The notes: generated by a model not told the origin, from the sequence alone. 24,000 nt of DNA from Candidatus Sericytochromatia bacterium (GCA_035284865.1 JAYKHL010000057.1:6399-30398), one strand, 5' to 3'; positions 1-8,789 are shown, counted from the first letter of the stretch. Program-made: numbers and translations.

Positions 1-1104
1 GAACTTGGTCTTCTTGAAGTCAGTGCCACCGACGATCGCGCGGACATAGCCGGTCTTCGGCTCGACGGCCACGAGCGCCCCCTGGTGGATGTTGTAGATC
101 GTGTTCTTCGCGACGGCCTCTCGGAGCATGCGTTCGGCCTGGTTCTGCAGGTCGAGATCGAGCGTGGTGTGGACCCGCAGCCCACCCTTCATCACCGTGT
201 CGGCCCCATAGCGGTCGACCAGCTGCTGGACCATCCAGGCCGTGAAGTAGGGCACCTTGTAGGTGTAGCTGGTGATGCCGGGGTGCACCAGCTTCTGGGT
301 GAGGGCCTGTTTGTACTGTCGGTCTGCGATAAAGCCGGCCACGCGCATCCGATCCAGCACCAGCTTTCTGAGCTTCTCGGCACCCTTGGGGTTGCGGTAG
401 GGCGAGTAAAACTCCGGGCCTCGGAGGATGCCAGCCAGCATTGCGCTCTCGGCCAGCGAGAGCTTGCGCGAGGATTTTCCGAAGTAGTTCAGCGCGGCGG
501 CCTCCACGCCATAAGCATTGTGGCCCCAGTAGACCTGGTTCAGGTACATCTCCAGGATCTGGTTCTTGCCATAGTGGTGCTCGATCTGGATGGCGAGCCA
601 GGCCTCGGCGATCTTGCGTGGAAGGGTGCGGGCGGGCTCCAGAAACAGATTTTTGGCCAGCTGCTGGGTGAGGGTGGAGGCACCCTCCACCGTCTGACCC
701 TCCGCCACGTTCACGAGCAACGCCCGGCCGATGCCCTTCGGGTTGATGCCGTAGTGGTAATAGAACTCCGTGTCCTCCATCGCGATGACGGCGTGCTGGA
801 GAGACTTGGGGATGTCATGCAGCGGAATGACCACCCGGTTCTCCTCGCCGTGCACGTTGGCGAGCAGCCGTCCGTCCTTGTCGAAGATCTTGGTGGTCTC
901 GTGGGGGACGTAGTGCTGGAGGGTGCTGACGTCAGGAAGCCTCGACAGCGTCACCGCCAGGCCTCCCAGGCAGCCCAGCAGGCCCGCTCCCAGCACCGCT
1001 GCCAGGAACAACGAGAGGCTCCCCAGCACCCTCCTCCAGCGCTCGCGCCGGGTGGGGAGGGGGGGCGGGGCCGCGTTCCGGCGGGTGAGCCCGCCAGCGG
1101 GCAT
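1..1104 (-). CDS. Class A penicillin-binding protein (PBP1A type: glycosyltransferase 51 plus start of transpeptidase). N-terminal 368 codons only; the gene runs off the left edge.
   Basis: Absent from the ORF track because no stop lies in the window. My reverse-complement translation reads MPAGGLTRRNAAPPPLPTRRERWRRVLGSLSLFLAAVLGAGLLGCLGGLAV (membrane anchor), then AMEDTEFYYHYGINPKGI and GASTLTQQLAKNLFLEPARTLPRKIAEAWLAIQIEHHYGKNQILEMYLNQVYWG (GT51 motifs), then GALVAVEPKTGYVRAIVGG (start of transpeptidase). ATG at 1104-1102; in-frame upstream stop at 1176-1174. Confidence 0.9.
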   Translation of the reverse strand, partial: MPAGGLTRRNAAPPPLPTRRERWRRVLGSLSLFLAAVLGAGLLGCLGGLAVTLSRLPDVSTLQHYVPHETTKIFDKDGRLLANVHGEENRVVIPLHDIPKSLQHAVIAMEDTEFYYHYGINPKGIGRALLVNVAEGQTVEGASTLTQQLAKNLFLEPARTLPRKIAEAWLAIQIEHHYGKNQILEMYLNQVYWGHNAYGVEAAALNYFGKSSRKLSLAESAMLAGILRGPEFYSPYRNPKGAEKLRKLVLDRMRVAGFIADRQYKQALTQKLVHPGITSYTYKVPYFTAWMVQQLVDRYGADTVMKGGLRVHTTLDLDLQNQAERMLREAVAKNTIYNIHQGALVAVEPKTGYVRAIVGGTDFKKTKF

Positions 1105-1175
1105 ACGGGGGGGCGCAGGGCTGACGCCCCGCCGGGGCGTGGACAACGGATCGCGGCTCCCTGATCGGCTGCTTC

Positions 1176-1204
1176 ATTATAGCCGAGCAGGCAGGCCGGG
1201 ACCA
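1176..1204 (-). promoter_or_regulatory. Candidate sigma70-type promoter for the PBP gene
   Basis: The reverse complement of 1176-1181 is a perfect TATAAT. A weak -35 (TGGTCC, reverse complement of 1199-1204) lies 17 nt away, about 70 nt upstream of the ATG at 1104. Pattern match only. Confidence 0.3.
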
Positions 1205-1233
1205 GAGGCGGGTGCTGAGGCCTCGACCCGGTC

Positions 1234-2103
1234 TCAGTGGCGCAGCCCGGGGGCGCTCCCCACAGCGGCCCGGAGGAGGGCCTCCATGTTCGCCGAGGCC
1301 GCCTTGGCGACGTCCACCACCTCATGGTGGGAGGTCTCTGAGGCCCCCTGGGGCGTGATCGAGATGTTGGTGATGCAGGAGATGGCGACGACGGCCATGC
1401 CGCGGGCGCGGGCGCGGGCGGCCTCCGGCACCGTCGACATGCCCACGGCGTCCACGCCCGCATACAGCAGGTAGCGGTTCTCCGCCATGGTCTCGTACGA
1501 CGGGCCCAGCAGCCCCACGTAGATGCCGGAGCGGAGGGGAATCCCCTGCATCAGGGCTGAGGCTGCAAGGCGCTGGCGCCAGCCGCCATCATAGACCTCC
1601 ACGGGACGCCAACCTGTCCACTCCGGGCAGAGCGGCCCCGCCGCCGGCGGAGGGAAGCCGGCCTGCACGCCTTGCATGTTGATGTGGTCGTCGACGAGCA
1701 TCAGGTCGCCCGGCTGCCAGTCGGCCCGGAGCCCGCCTGCCGCGTTGGTGAGGACGAGGTCTGCCACGCCGAGGGCGTGGAACAGCTCGACCAATGTCAA
1801 TGCCTCCGGGAGGCCGTGACCCTCATACAGGTGAAAGCGGCCTCGCGCGACGAAGATTGCGGGCCCGTTCGACCCCATACGCCCCCAGCTCAGGATGCCG
1901 GCGTGGCCGGCAACGGTGGCAGCCGGGAACCCCGGAAGCTCGGCATAGGAGACGCTGCCGCCACCTTGGAGGTCGTCCAGCGCCTTGATGCCAGAGCCCA
2001 GCACCACCGCCACAGCCGGCACCTCGCCGAGGGTGGCGTCGAGCCGTGTCCTCAGCGCAGCGGCGGCAGGGGCGGGGTCGTGCAGGGGCAGGGAATGCGG
2101 CAT
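1234..2103 (-). CDS. punA: Purine nucleoside phosphorylase (inosine/guanosine type, trimeric PNP family)
   Basis: 289-aa ORF with family hallmarks VVLGSGI, GRFHLYEG, LTNAAGG, GPSYETMAE and VGMSTVPE. GAGGA lies 6 nt upstream of the ATG at 2103. Confidence 0.92.
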   Translation of the reverse strand: MPHSLPLHDPAPAAAALRTRLDATLGEVPAVAVVLGSGIKALDDLQGGGSVSYAELPGFPAATVAGHAGILSWGRMGSNGPAIFVARGRFHLYEGHGLPEALTLVELFHALGVADLVLTNAAGGLRADWQPGDLMLVDDHINMQGVQAGFPPPAAGPLCPEWTGWRPVEVYDGGWRQRLAASALMQGIPLRSGIYVGLLGPSYETMAENRYLLYAGVDAVGMSTVPEAARARARGMAVVAISCITNISITPQGASETSHHEVVDVAKAASANMEALLRAAVGSAPGLRH

Positions 2104-2145
2104 GCGAGGTCCTCGGACGTGGGGGCGGCGGGAAAGGGCTGCGCG

Positions 2146-2763
2146 TCAGGCCTGGTCGGGCTCTCGACGCGGTTCGACCCCCGTCGGGCGGTGGTACGGG
2201 GTGCCGCCCCCCCGACGGAGCATATACGTTTCCAGCGATCGCATCCAGCGGCGATGCCAGCGGCGCTCCTCGGAGAGAGGGTCGACCAGGATGGTGTAAG
2301 CCCCCAGCCTGTTCCCTCCCAGCACGTCGGTGAAGAGCTGGTCCCCGACGATGGCGCAGCGCTCGGGGGGCAGCCCCATTTCGGCCAGCACGGCCCTGAA
2401 CGAGCGGCGGCTCGGCTTGAGGGCCCGGGCGCGGTAGGGCAGGCCGAGGTGCGCTGCGGCCCGGGCGACGCGGGTTAAAGAGCCGTTGTTGGACACCACC
2501 CAAACGGCGAATCGCTCCCGGACGGCCTGCACCCACGCGTGGATGCCCGGGTCGGCCTGTGGCTCCATCGCGTGCACGAGCGTGTCGTCGAGGTCGAACA
2601 CGAAGCCAGCGATGCCGAGGGCCTCGAGGTGGTCGAGGTCGATCTCCGAGACGTGCGCCACCCTGAGCTGCGGCTTGAGCAGCCTGGCGCGGTGGGGCGT
2701 CGTGGGGGGGTGGGGGCGATCGGGGGGTGGCAAGCGATGCTCCTGACGTCGGCTCCGCCCCAT
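2146..2763 (-). CDS. YqeG-family HAD-IIIA phosphatase
   Basis: HAD motifs FDLDDTLV (DxDxT), VVSNN and GDQLFTDVLGG, with the YqeG-like lead-in LKPQLRVAHVSEIDLDHLEALGI. The track ORF starts at 2907, but its first 48 codons cross the REP-like palindrome. I chose the ATG at 2763; the in-frame GTG in RVAHV is an alternative start, so the start is uncertain. Confidence 0.8.
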   Translation of the reverse strand: MGRSRRQEHRLPPPDRPHPPTTPHRARLLKPQLRVAHVSEIDLDHLEALGIAGFVFDLDDTLVHAMEPQADPGIHAWVQAVRERFAVWVVSNNGSLTRVARAAAHLGLPYRARALKPSRRSFRAVLAEMGLPPERCAIVGDQLFTDVLGGNRLGAYTILVDPLSEERRWHRRWMRSLETYMLRRGGGTPYHRPTGVEPRREPDQA

Positions 2764-2821
2764 CGTACCCCGTTTCCCGGGTCTGTTCCTGATGCCGCGA
2801 TAGCCCCTCACCCGGCGTGCG

Positions 2822-2850
2822 GCTCCCCTCTCCCTGGGGGAGAGGGGAGC
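2822..2850. repeat. Perfect 13-bp inverted repeat (GCTCCCCTCTCCC tgg GGGAGAGGGGAGC), a REP-like intergenic palindrome
   Basis: The arms at 2822-2834 and 2838-2850 are exact reverse complements around a 3-nt spacer. It sits in the 329-bp divergent spacer between the YqeG-like gene and tcdA. Confidence 0.6.
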
Positions 2851-3092
2851 GAAATCCTGTTTCATCCAAAGGGTGCGGACGGTCTCCACTCCCTTCTCCT
2901 CCCACACGAAGGTCCGCGTCAGCGGGGATGAGCGTTAATGCGGAATCAGGCTCTGTGGCCCGTCTGGCGTGGGGCCTCTCGGTGGGGTGGCCTGGCTGCC
3001 AGGTGGCCTTCTCCGGGGCAAGTGCGGGACCCAGCGCCCCAACCGGCCCGCGGTGCGCTAGACTGGGAAAAGAGCCCCTGGGAGGTCGGGAC

Positions 3093-3974
3093 GTGCTGCA
3101 TCGCTTCAGTCGGTTGGAGTTGCTCGTTGGCGAGGCTGGCTATGCGCAGCTGAAGACCGCGCGTGTTGCCGTCTTTGGCCTGGGCGGCGTGGGCTCCTAC
3201 GCCGCCGAGGCGCTCGCGCGCGCGGCAGTTGGGCACCTCACGATCGTGGACTACGACCTCGTGTGCGCCACCAACGTGAACCGGCAGCTCCACGCGATGA
3301 TCGGCACCATTGGCAAGCCGAAGTCGGAGGTGATGGCCGAGCGGCTCCGCAAGATCAACCCTCACGGCCGCGTCGTGGCGCACCAGACCTTCTACAACGC
3401 CGACCGCGCCGACGACTTGCTGGCCGGGCCCGACGGGCAGGGCTTCGACTACGTGCTTGACTGCATCGACAACGTGACGGCCAAGCTGCACCTCCTCGCC
3501 ACGGCCCACCGGCGCGGCATGCCCGTCATCTCGGCGATGGGGGCGGCGAGCAAGCTCGACCCCACCCGGCTCCGAGTGGGCGATCTCTCCGAGACGCAGA
3601 CCTGCGCCCTCGCGCGCGACGTGCGCAAGGAGCTGCGGCGGAAGTACGGCATCACGCACGGCATCAAGGCCGTCTGGTCGACCGAGAAGCCCGTGGCCCC
3701 GGCGCCGGAGGTCGCGGCCTGCCCCGTGAAGTGCATCTGCCCCCCCACCCACGAGAAGGGCGTCAACGACTGCGAGCAGAAGAACCAGATCAACGGCACC
3801 ATCTCGTACATGCCGGCCATGTTCGGGCTGATGATGGTGGGCGTGGCCGTGCAGGACCTGCTCGCTGGGGTGCCCCTGACCCCACCGAGCCACGTGGAGC
3901 ACCCCTGCGGGACGGTCTTCGGACCGGACGGCGAGCCCGTCGTGGACGCGGGGCTGGCCTGCCCGCGGGTCTGA
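3093..3974 (+). CDS. tcdA: tRNA threonylcarbamoyladenosine dehydratase (TcdA/CsdL, ThiF/E1-like)
   Basis: GTG at 3093 follows GGAGG (3081-3085). N-terminus reads RFSRLELLVGEAGYAQLKTARVAVFGLGGVGSYAAEALARAAVG (Rossmann GxGxxG). NVNRQ, DCIDN and the C-terminal membrane-like MFGLMMVGVAV also fit TcdA. The 92 codons upstream in the track ORF (from 2817) lack an SD and cross the palindrome. Confidence 0.88.
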   Translation: MLHRFSRLELLVGEAGYAQLKTARVAVFGLGGVGSYAAEALARAAVGHLTIVDYDLVCATNVNRQLHAMIGTIGKPKSEVMAERLRKINPHGRVVAHQTFYNADRADDLLAGPDGQGFDYVLDCIDNVTAKLHLLATAHRRGMPVISAMGAASKLDPTRLRVGDLSETQTCALARDVRKELRRKYGITHGIKAVWSTEKPVAPAPEVAACPVKCICPPTHEKGVNDCEQKNQINGTISYMPAMFGLMMVGVAVQDLLAGVPLTPPSHVEHPCGTVFGPDGEPVVDAGLACPRV

Positions 3975-4024
3975 CGCGGCGAGCCGGCTGTCCGCTGCGC
4001 CGATCTCGGCTCGCCTCCGCGTGA
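3973..4024. terminator. Possible bidirectional hairpin between convergent tcdA and the DUF2490-like gene
   Basis: GGCGAGCCG (3978-3986) pairs with CGGCTCGCC (4007-4015). Flanking CGCG/GCG pairs can extend the stem across a bulge. There is no T-tract, so it is not a classical intrinsic terminator. Confidence 0.3.
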
Positions 4025-4086
4025 CAGGCGTGGCCCTGCGGGCGATGACGCCGTCCCACTGAGGGCGCCGCCCGGGGCCCGCCGCC

Positions 4087-4740
4087 TCAGTCGAGGATCG
4101 GCTTCATCTCGGGTGCCAGGTACATGGTGCCGTTGAGGAACACGTCGTGGTCCCACGCGCCGCTGGCCTGGCGGGCTCGCCACATGATGCCCAGATCAAC
4201 GCGCACGTCGCGGGCAAGCTGGCGGCCCACGCCGGCCTCCAGCCGGTTCTGGAAGCCGTCCACGCCAAGCTCGATGAGCGGCTCGTTCCATACGTACGGG
4301 ATCCACACGGCTCCAGCCGGGGCGTGGTTGACGCGCAGCATGTTGCGGTAGCGGAAGTGAGCCGTGCTGGTGCTGCCGAAGCGCATCCGGTACTCCAGCC
4401 GGTTGCGGTCCATGATCTTGAAGTCGCCCCAGGCGCCGAGCAGGGTCGGCTCCAGTTCCGCGCGGTACTCGTGCGTGAAGCGGGGATCCCCCGTGAGCGA
4501 GATGGCCGTCGCCTGGGTACCCACCACGAGCCACGGCGCAAGCGTCCACAGGGGCCCTGCGCGGAAGAAGTTCATCGTCAGCCCCGGGGTGGCCGCCAGG
4601 AACCGCACGTCGCTGAAGGTGCGGAACACGACGGGCTGGTCGGTCCAGGGCGCACGGGCCGTCAGGGGGATGCGGGCCTCTGTCCAGTGCCAGTAGCCGG
4701 TGTCGGCGGCGGCGGGGGGCGCGCTCAGCACGCTGGCCAC
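4087..4740 (-). CDS. Secreted or outer-membrane beta-rich protein, DUF2490-like (family assignment from memory, unverified)
   Basis: The ORF has alternating aromatic/basic strand-like segments (LEYRMRFG, FRYRNMLRVNH, RVDLGIMWRAR) and GFQNRLEAGVG, which resembles the DUF2490 fdqNR motif. Coordinates use the first canonical start (GTG 4740). The true start is probably upstream, near 4785 (see finding). Confidence 0.7.
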   Translation of the reverse strand: MASVLSAPPAAADTGYWHWTEARIPLTARAPWTDQPVVFRTFSDVRFLAATPGLTMNFFRAGPLWTLAPWLVVGTQATAISLTGDPRFTHEYRAELEPTLLGAWGDFKIMDRNRLEYRMRFGSTSTAHFRYRNMLRVNHAPAGAVWIPYVWNEPLIELGVDGFQNRLEAGVGRQLARDVRVDLGIMWRARQASGAWDHDVFLNGTMYLAPEMKPILD

Positions 4741-4798
4741 CAGTGCCAGGCTCAGGCCGCCGACCAGCCGGGCGGTTGCAGTTATGGGTGGGTCTCCT

Positions 4799-5257
4799 TC
4801 AGCGGGCCTTGCCCGAGCGCTCGAAGAACGCCCTGAGCTTGGCCACGTCGTCCTCGCCCGCGGCGGGCGCGGGCGCGGGTGGGCGCCGGGTCAGGCCTGT
4901 GGCCAGGCCGGGGCCGAAGAGGCTGGTGAGCCGGGCGACGATGTCGTCATCGGCCTGCGCCGCGATGGCCCGAAAGCGGCTCAGGTGCCGCCGCCGCCGC
5001 ACGCGCGGAGCCTTCTCCAGCGTCTTGAGGGCGAAGGCCTGGGCCGTCGGTGCGCCCGTCAGCAGGCTGTGCGCGAGCCAGCCCATCAGGGCCTCCTCGC
5101 ACGCCGCGTCCAGGGGGTGCCAGTTCACCCCGCCGACCACGGCTTGCTGCCGTTCCTCGGGCAAGGCCGTGAGGCGCCGCAGCCAGCCGCGAAGTTCTCC
5201 GGCGTCGAGTGGGGGGCCGAACGGGTCCCGCCCCCGGGGGCGCGGCGGCTGCGTCAC
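4799..5257 (-). CDS. Hypothetical protein (152 aa), translationally coupled to the inositol monophosphatase gene
   Basis: GTG at 5257-5255 overlaps the IMPase TGA (5256-5254) as GTGA. G/C-ending codons persist to the TGA at 4801-4799. The product reads VTQPPRPRGRDPFGPPLDAGELRGWLRRLTALPEERQQAVVGGVNWHPLDAACEEALMGWLAHSLL...EDDVAKLRAFFERSGKAR. In the track it is hidden as the tail of a 342-aa ORF (4799..5827) whose upstream part is antisense noise. Confidence 0.6.
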   Translation of the reverse strand: MTQPPRPRGRDPFGPPLDAGELRGWLRRLTALPEERQQAVVGGVNWHPLDAACEEALMGWLAHSLLTGAPTAQAFALKTLEKAPRVRRRRHLSRFRAIAAQADDDIVARLTSLFGPGLATGLTRRPPAPAPAAGEDDVAKLRAFFERSGKAR

Positions 5258-6063
5258 CGCGGCCGCTCCGGCCCGTCGGCGTCCGGGCGCTCGGAGGCCA
5301 GCACCCCGCACATCGCGTCGTGCAGCCGGCCGTTGGTGGCCAGCACCTCCTTGCCGTGGATGGAGAAGGGCCCCCCGGCGTAGCCGGACACGCGCCCGCC
5401 GGCTTCCTCCACGAGCAAGGTGCCCGCGCACAGGTCCCAGGGCGCCAGGCGCGGCTCCCAGAACCCGTCGAACCGACCGGCCGCCACCCAGGCCAGATCC
5501 AGCGCCGCCGAGCCCAGTCGACGCACGGCCTGGGCCTGGTGGATGAACGCGCTGAAGTGCTGAAGGTTGGTGGCCTTGACCTGCACGTCGTAGGGGAAGC
5601 CCGTCACGAGCAACGCCCGCTCCAGGCGCTCGGTGGTGGAGACCCGGAGCGGACGGCCGTTGAGCGTCGCCCCGCCCCCCCGCTCCGTGGCGTAGAGTTC
5701 GCCCAGCATCGGCGCGTAGATCACGCCGAGCACCCGTTCGCCGTGGTGCTCGAGGCCGATCGACACGCAGAACAGGGGCAGGCCGTGGGCATAGTTGGTG
5801 GTGCCGTCGAGGGGGTCGACCACCCACCGGTAGGCCGCGCCCGAGGCCGAGGAGGCACCGGCTTCTGCGCCCGCCTCCTCGGACAGGATGGCGTGATCCG
5901 GGTAGCGGGTGCGAATGCCCTCCAGGATCACCGCCTCGGAGGCGAGGTCCATCTCGGTGACGAGGTCGATGGCCCCCTTGAAGCGCACCTCGTGGGGGCG
6001 GTCGAACCCGTCCCGCAGCACGTCTCCGGCCGCCTGGGCCAGCTCGATGGCGAACGAGAGCAT
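5254..6063 (-). CDS. Inositol monophosphatase family protein (SuhB-like)
   Basis: Carries the EMD and LSEE motifs, WVVDPLDGTTNYAHG (DPxDGT) and APWDLCAG (WD..AG). GGAGGT lies 7 nt upstream of the ATG at 6063. Confidence 0.92.
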   Translation of the reverse strand: MLSFAIELAQAAGDVLRDGFDRPHEVRFKGAIDLVTEMDLASEAVILEGIRTRYPDHAILSEEAGAEAGASSASGAAYRWVVDPLDGTTNYAHGLPLFCVSIGLEHHGERVLGVIYAPMLGELYATERGGGATLNGRPLRVSTTERLERALLVTGFPYDVQVKATNLQHFSAFIHQAQAVRRLGSAALDLAWVAAGRFDGFWEPRLAPWDLCAGTLLVEEAGGRVSGYAGGPFSIHGKEVLATNGRLHDAMCGVLASERPDADGPERPR

Positions 6064-6087
6064 CTCCGGTACCTCCGAGGGGGGGCC

Positions 6088-6555
6088 TCAGCCCGCCACG
6101 TCCACCACCTTGACGGCCATCATCACGTCGCCGCCCTCGATGGCGTCGACCACGTCCTGGCCCTGCAACACCTGGCCGAACACGGTGTGGATGCCGTCGA
6201 GGTGCGGGGTGGGCACGTGGGTAATGAAGAACTGGGACCCGCCCGTGTTGGGCGCAGCGGTCTTGGCCATCGAGAGGGCGCCGCGGCCGTGCTTGCGCGG
6301 GTTGTTCGCGACCTCGCAGGGGATGGTGTAGCCGGGCCCGCCGGAGCCGATGCTCGGGTGGCCATGCGGCAGTTCCTTGGAGCGCGGGTCCCCGCCCTGG
6401 ATCATGAACCCGGGGATGACGCGGTGGAACGTGACGCCATCGTAGAAGCCGGAGTTGGCGAGCTTCTCGAAGTTCGCCACGGTGCCGGGGGCGTCCTGCG
6501 GGAAGAGCTCCAGCTCGATGGTGCCCTTGGCGGTTTCGATGGTGGCTTTCTTCAT
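6088..6555 (-). CDS. Peptidyl-prolyl cis-trans isomerase, cyclophilin type
   Basis: [56 protein letters not shown] and HTVFGQV. 155 aa from the ATG at 6555; the rest of the 465-aa track ORF upstream is not coding. Confidence 0.93.
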   Translation of the reverse strand: MKKATIETAKGTIELELFPQDAPGTVANFEKLANSGFYDGVTFHRVIPGFMIQGGDPRSKELPHGHPSIGSGGPGYTIPCEVANNPRKHGRGALSMAKTAAPNTGGSQFFITHVPTPHLDGIHTVFGQVLQGQDVVDAIEGGDVMMAVKVVDVAG

Positions 6556-6596
6556 CGGGGTGAGGCCTTTCTGGTGTGACTGCGCGGACGGGGGTG

Positions 6597-7460
6597 TCAG
6601 CGCGGGGGCGTGGCGGCCGCGCGGGGCGGCAAGGCGACGGTGTCTCCCAGCTCGCCCGCCTCGGTCAGGCGGGCGGCGCCGAGCGCCGTGTCGTGGTAGA
6701 AGAGCAGCCACCAGCCCTCCGCGGCGATGCGTGCCAGCCAGTTGCTGCGCTGCTCGATGGAGGTCAGCGGGAAGTTGTCGTAGGCCATCACCCACAGGGG
6801 GTTGAGGTGGTGGCGGGTGGGCATCAGGTCGCCCATGTAGGCGGCGCGCTCCCCCTCGCTCTCGAGCGCGATCACGACGTGACCGCGCGTGTGGCCGCCG
6901 GTGTGGTGGACGCGCAGGCCCGGCACGATCTCCCCGTGGGCGGGGATGAGCGACACGCGACCGGCCTCGGCCAGCGGCTCCCAGTTCTCCCGCAGGTAGG
7001 TGCCCTTGGCGCGGGCGTTGGGGTGCGTCAGATCCTCCCACTCCGTCGGGTGGATGTGCACGGTGGCGTTCGGGAACGTCGGGCGCAGGGAGCCGTCGGC
7101 CTCCCGCCAGGTGGTGCCCCCGAGGTGGTCGAAGTCGCAGTGGCTCAGCACGACGTGATCGATGTCCGCCGGCGTCAACCCGCGCGCCGCGAGGGAAGCG
7201 AGGAGCGTCTCGGGCGCCTCCATCGCGTAGATGTCGCGCTGCTTCTCGCCGAGCTTGTTGCCGAGCCCGGCATCCAGCAGCACGCGGCCGAAGGGGCCCG
7301 TGACGAGGATGCAGTTGGTGCCGAGCCAGATCCGATTGCGGTCGTCGGCCTCGAGCTTGCGGGACCAGAGCGGCTTGGGGACGGGCCCGAACATGGCGCC
7401 GCCGTCGAGCTTGAAGTCCCCGGCCGCGACCCAGTCGATCGTGAGGGAGCCCAGTTGCAT
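6597..7460 (-). CDS. MBL-fold metallo-hydrolase
   Basis: ATG at 7460 lies 6 nt after AGGAGG. Beta-lactamase-fold pattern: [24 protein letters not shown] (variant of HxHxDH), [10 protein letters not shown] and a late H in FYHD. Confidence 0.88.
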   Translation of the reverse strand: MQLGSLTIDWVAAGDFKLDGGAMFGPVPKPLWSRKLEADDRNRIWLGTNCILVTGPFGRVLLDAGLGNKLGEKQRDIYAMEAPETLLASLAARGLTPADIDHVVLSHCDFDHLGGTTWREADGSLRPTFPNATVHIHPTEWEDLTHPNARAKGTYLRENWEPLAEAGRVSLIPAHGEIVPGLRVHHTGGHTRGHVVIALESEGERAAYMGDLMPTRHHLNPLWVMAYDNFPLTSIEQRSNWLARIAAEGWWLLFYHDTALGAARLTEAGELGDTVALPPRAAATPPR

Positions 7461-7510
7461 GCCGAACCTCCTGACAGGGCCCCATCCTACCACGGGGGGC
7501 CCGCCCGCCG

Positions 7511-7540
7511 TGGACGCACGCTCCAGGAATCGGCTACAAT
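7511..7540 (+). promoter_or_regulatory. Candidate sigma70-type promoter for the acyl-CoA dehydrogenase operon
   Basis: TGGACG (7511-7516), an 18-nt spacer, then TACAAT (7535-7540), about 70 nt upstream of the ATG at 7613. Pattern match only. Confidence 0.35.
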
Positions 7541-7612
7541 GCCGAACGTCGCAACAGCCGCGTCCCCACGGGATCAGCGCCGATCCCGCAGCCCCAAGAT
7601 GGAGGTCACCCC

Positions 7613-8782
7613 ATGGCCACGCTCGCGAAGGCCGCTCGCTCCAACCCCTTCCACCTCACCGAGGACCAGCTTGCGCTGCAAACCATGGTCCGGGAGTTCG
7701 CCGCCAAGGAGGTCTACCCCCTGGCCCCGGAGCTGGACGAACAGGAGCGCTTCGGCAAGGAGGTCTTCGACAAGCTGGCCGGGCTCGGGCTGCTGGGCAT
7801 CACCGTGCCCACCGAGTATGGCGGCGGCGGGGCTGGCTACATGGAGTACGCCCTCGCCGTGGAGGAACTCGGGGCCGCCTGCGGCTCGACCGGCCTCTCC
7901 TACGCGGCCCACAACTCTCTGGGCTGCGGCCCGATCGTGTACTTCGGCACGGAGGAACAGAAGCAGCGCTACCTGCCCAGCCTGACGTCGGGCAAGTACC
8001 TGGGGGCCTGGGGCCTGACGGAGCCGGGCGCCGGCTCCGACGCCGCCGGCCAGAAGACCACTGCCGTGCGGGAGGGCGACCACTACGTCCTCAACGGCTC
8101 CAAGAACTTCATCACCAACAGCCCCTACGCGGGCGTCTTCACCATCATGGCCATGACCGACCGGGCCAAGGGGACGCGCGGCATCTCGGCCTTCCTCGTC
8201 GAGCCCGAGTGGGACGGCTTCTCCATCAGCAAGCACGAGAAGAAGATGGGGATGCGCGGCTCGCCGACCTGCTCGCTGGCCTTCGACAACGTCAAGGTGC
8301 CGGTGGGCAACCGGTCCGGCGAGGAGGGCTCCGGCTACAAGCAGGCGATGATCACGCTGGACTCGGGCCGGATCTCCATCGGGGCGCTGGCGCTGGGCAT
8401 CGCGGAGGGGGCCTACCGCGAGTCCGTGCGCTACGCCAGGGAGCGGCAGCAGTTCGGTCAGCCCATCGGCAAGTTCCAGGCCGTGCAGTTCATGCTGGCC
8501 GACATGAGCACCAAGATCGCCGCCGCGCGGCATCTCGTGTACAACGCCGCGCGCCTGCGCGACGCCGACGAGGATTTCAAGCTCGAGGCCTGCCAGGCCA
8601 AGCTGTACGCCTCGGAGATCGCCACCCAGGTCTGCCTGGACGCCATCCAGATCCACGGTGGTTACGGCTACACCCGGGACTACCCGGTGGAACGCATGAT
8701 GCGCGACGCCAAGCTCTGCGAGATCGGCGAGGGGACCAGCCAGGTGCAGCGCCTCGTCATCGCGAAGACGCTGGGGGTCTGA
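7613..8782 (+). CDS. Acyl-CoA dehydrogenase (short/medium-chain, butyryl-CoA dehydrogenase-like)
   Basis: [56 protein letters not shown] and [20 protein letters not shown] lies 7 nt upstream of the ATG. Confidence 0.95.
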   Translation: MATLAKAARSNPFHLTEDQLALQTMVREFAAKEVYPLAPELDEQERFGKEVFDKLAGLGLLGITVPTEYGGGGAGYMEYALAVEELGAACGSTGLSYAAHNSLGCGPIVYFGTEEQKQRYLPSLTSGKYLGAWGLTEPGAGSDAAGQKTTAVREGDHYVLNGSKNFITNSPYAGVFTIMAMTDRAKGTRGISAFLVEPEWDGFSISKHEKKMGMRGSPTCSLAFDNVKVPVGNRSGEEGSGYKQAMITLDSGRISIGALALGIAEGAYRESVRYARERQQFGQPIGKFQAVQFMLADMSTKIAAARHLVYNAARLRDADEDFKLEACQAKLYASEIATQVCLDAIQIHGGYGYTRDYPVERMMRDAKLCEIGEGTSQVQRLVIAKTLGV

Positions 8783-8789
8783 GCCCCTG

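Noticed and set aside
85-1164. Long plus-strand ORF (359 aa) covering the left end of the window
   Set aside because: It is antisense to a clearly recognisable class A PBP gene. Its product is low-complexity, Arg/Gly/Ala/Val-rich sequence with no motifs, which is typical of a high-GC antisense ORF.
2764-3092. Possible extra genes in the 329-bp divergent spacer (N-terminal extensions of track ORFs 2146..2907 and 2817..3974, and ORF 2938..3153)
   Set aside because: There is no SD at the upstream starts. The extensions run through the REP-like palindrome and a polypyrimidine tract, and the recognisable homology begins at the downstream starts I chose.
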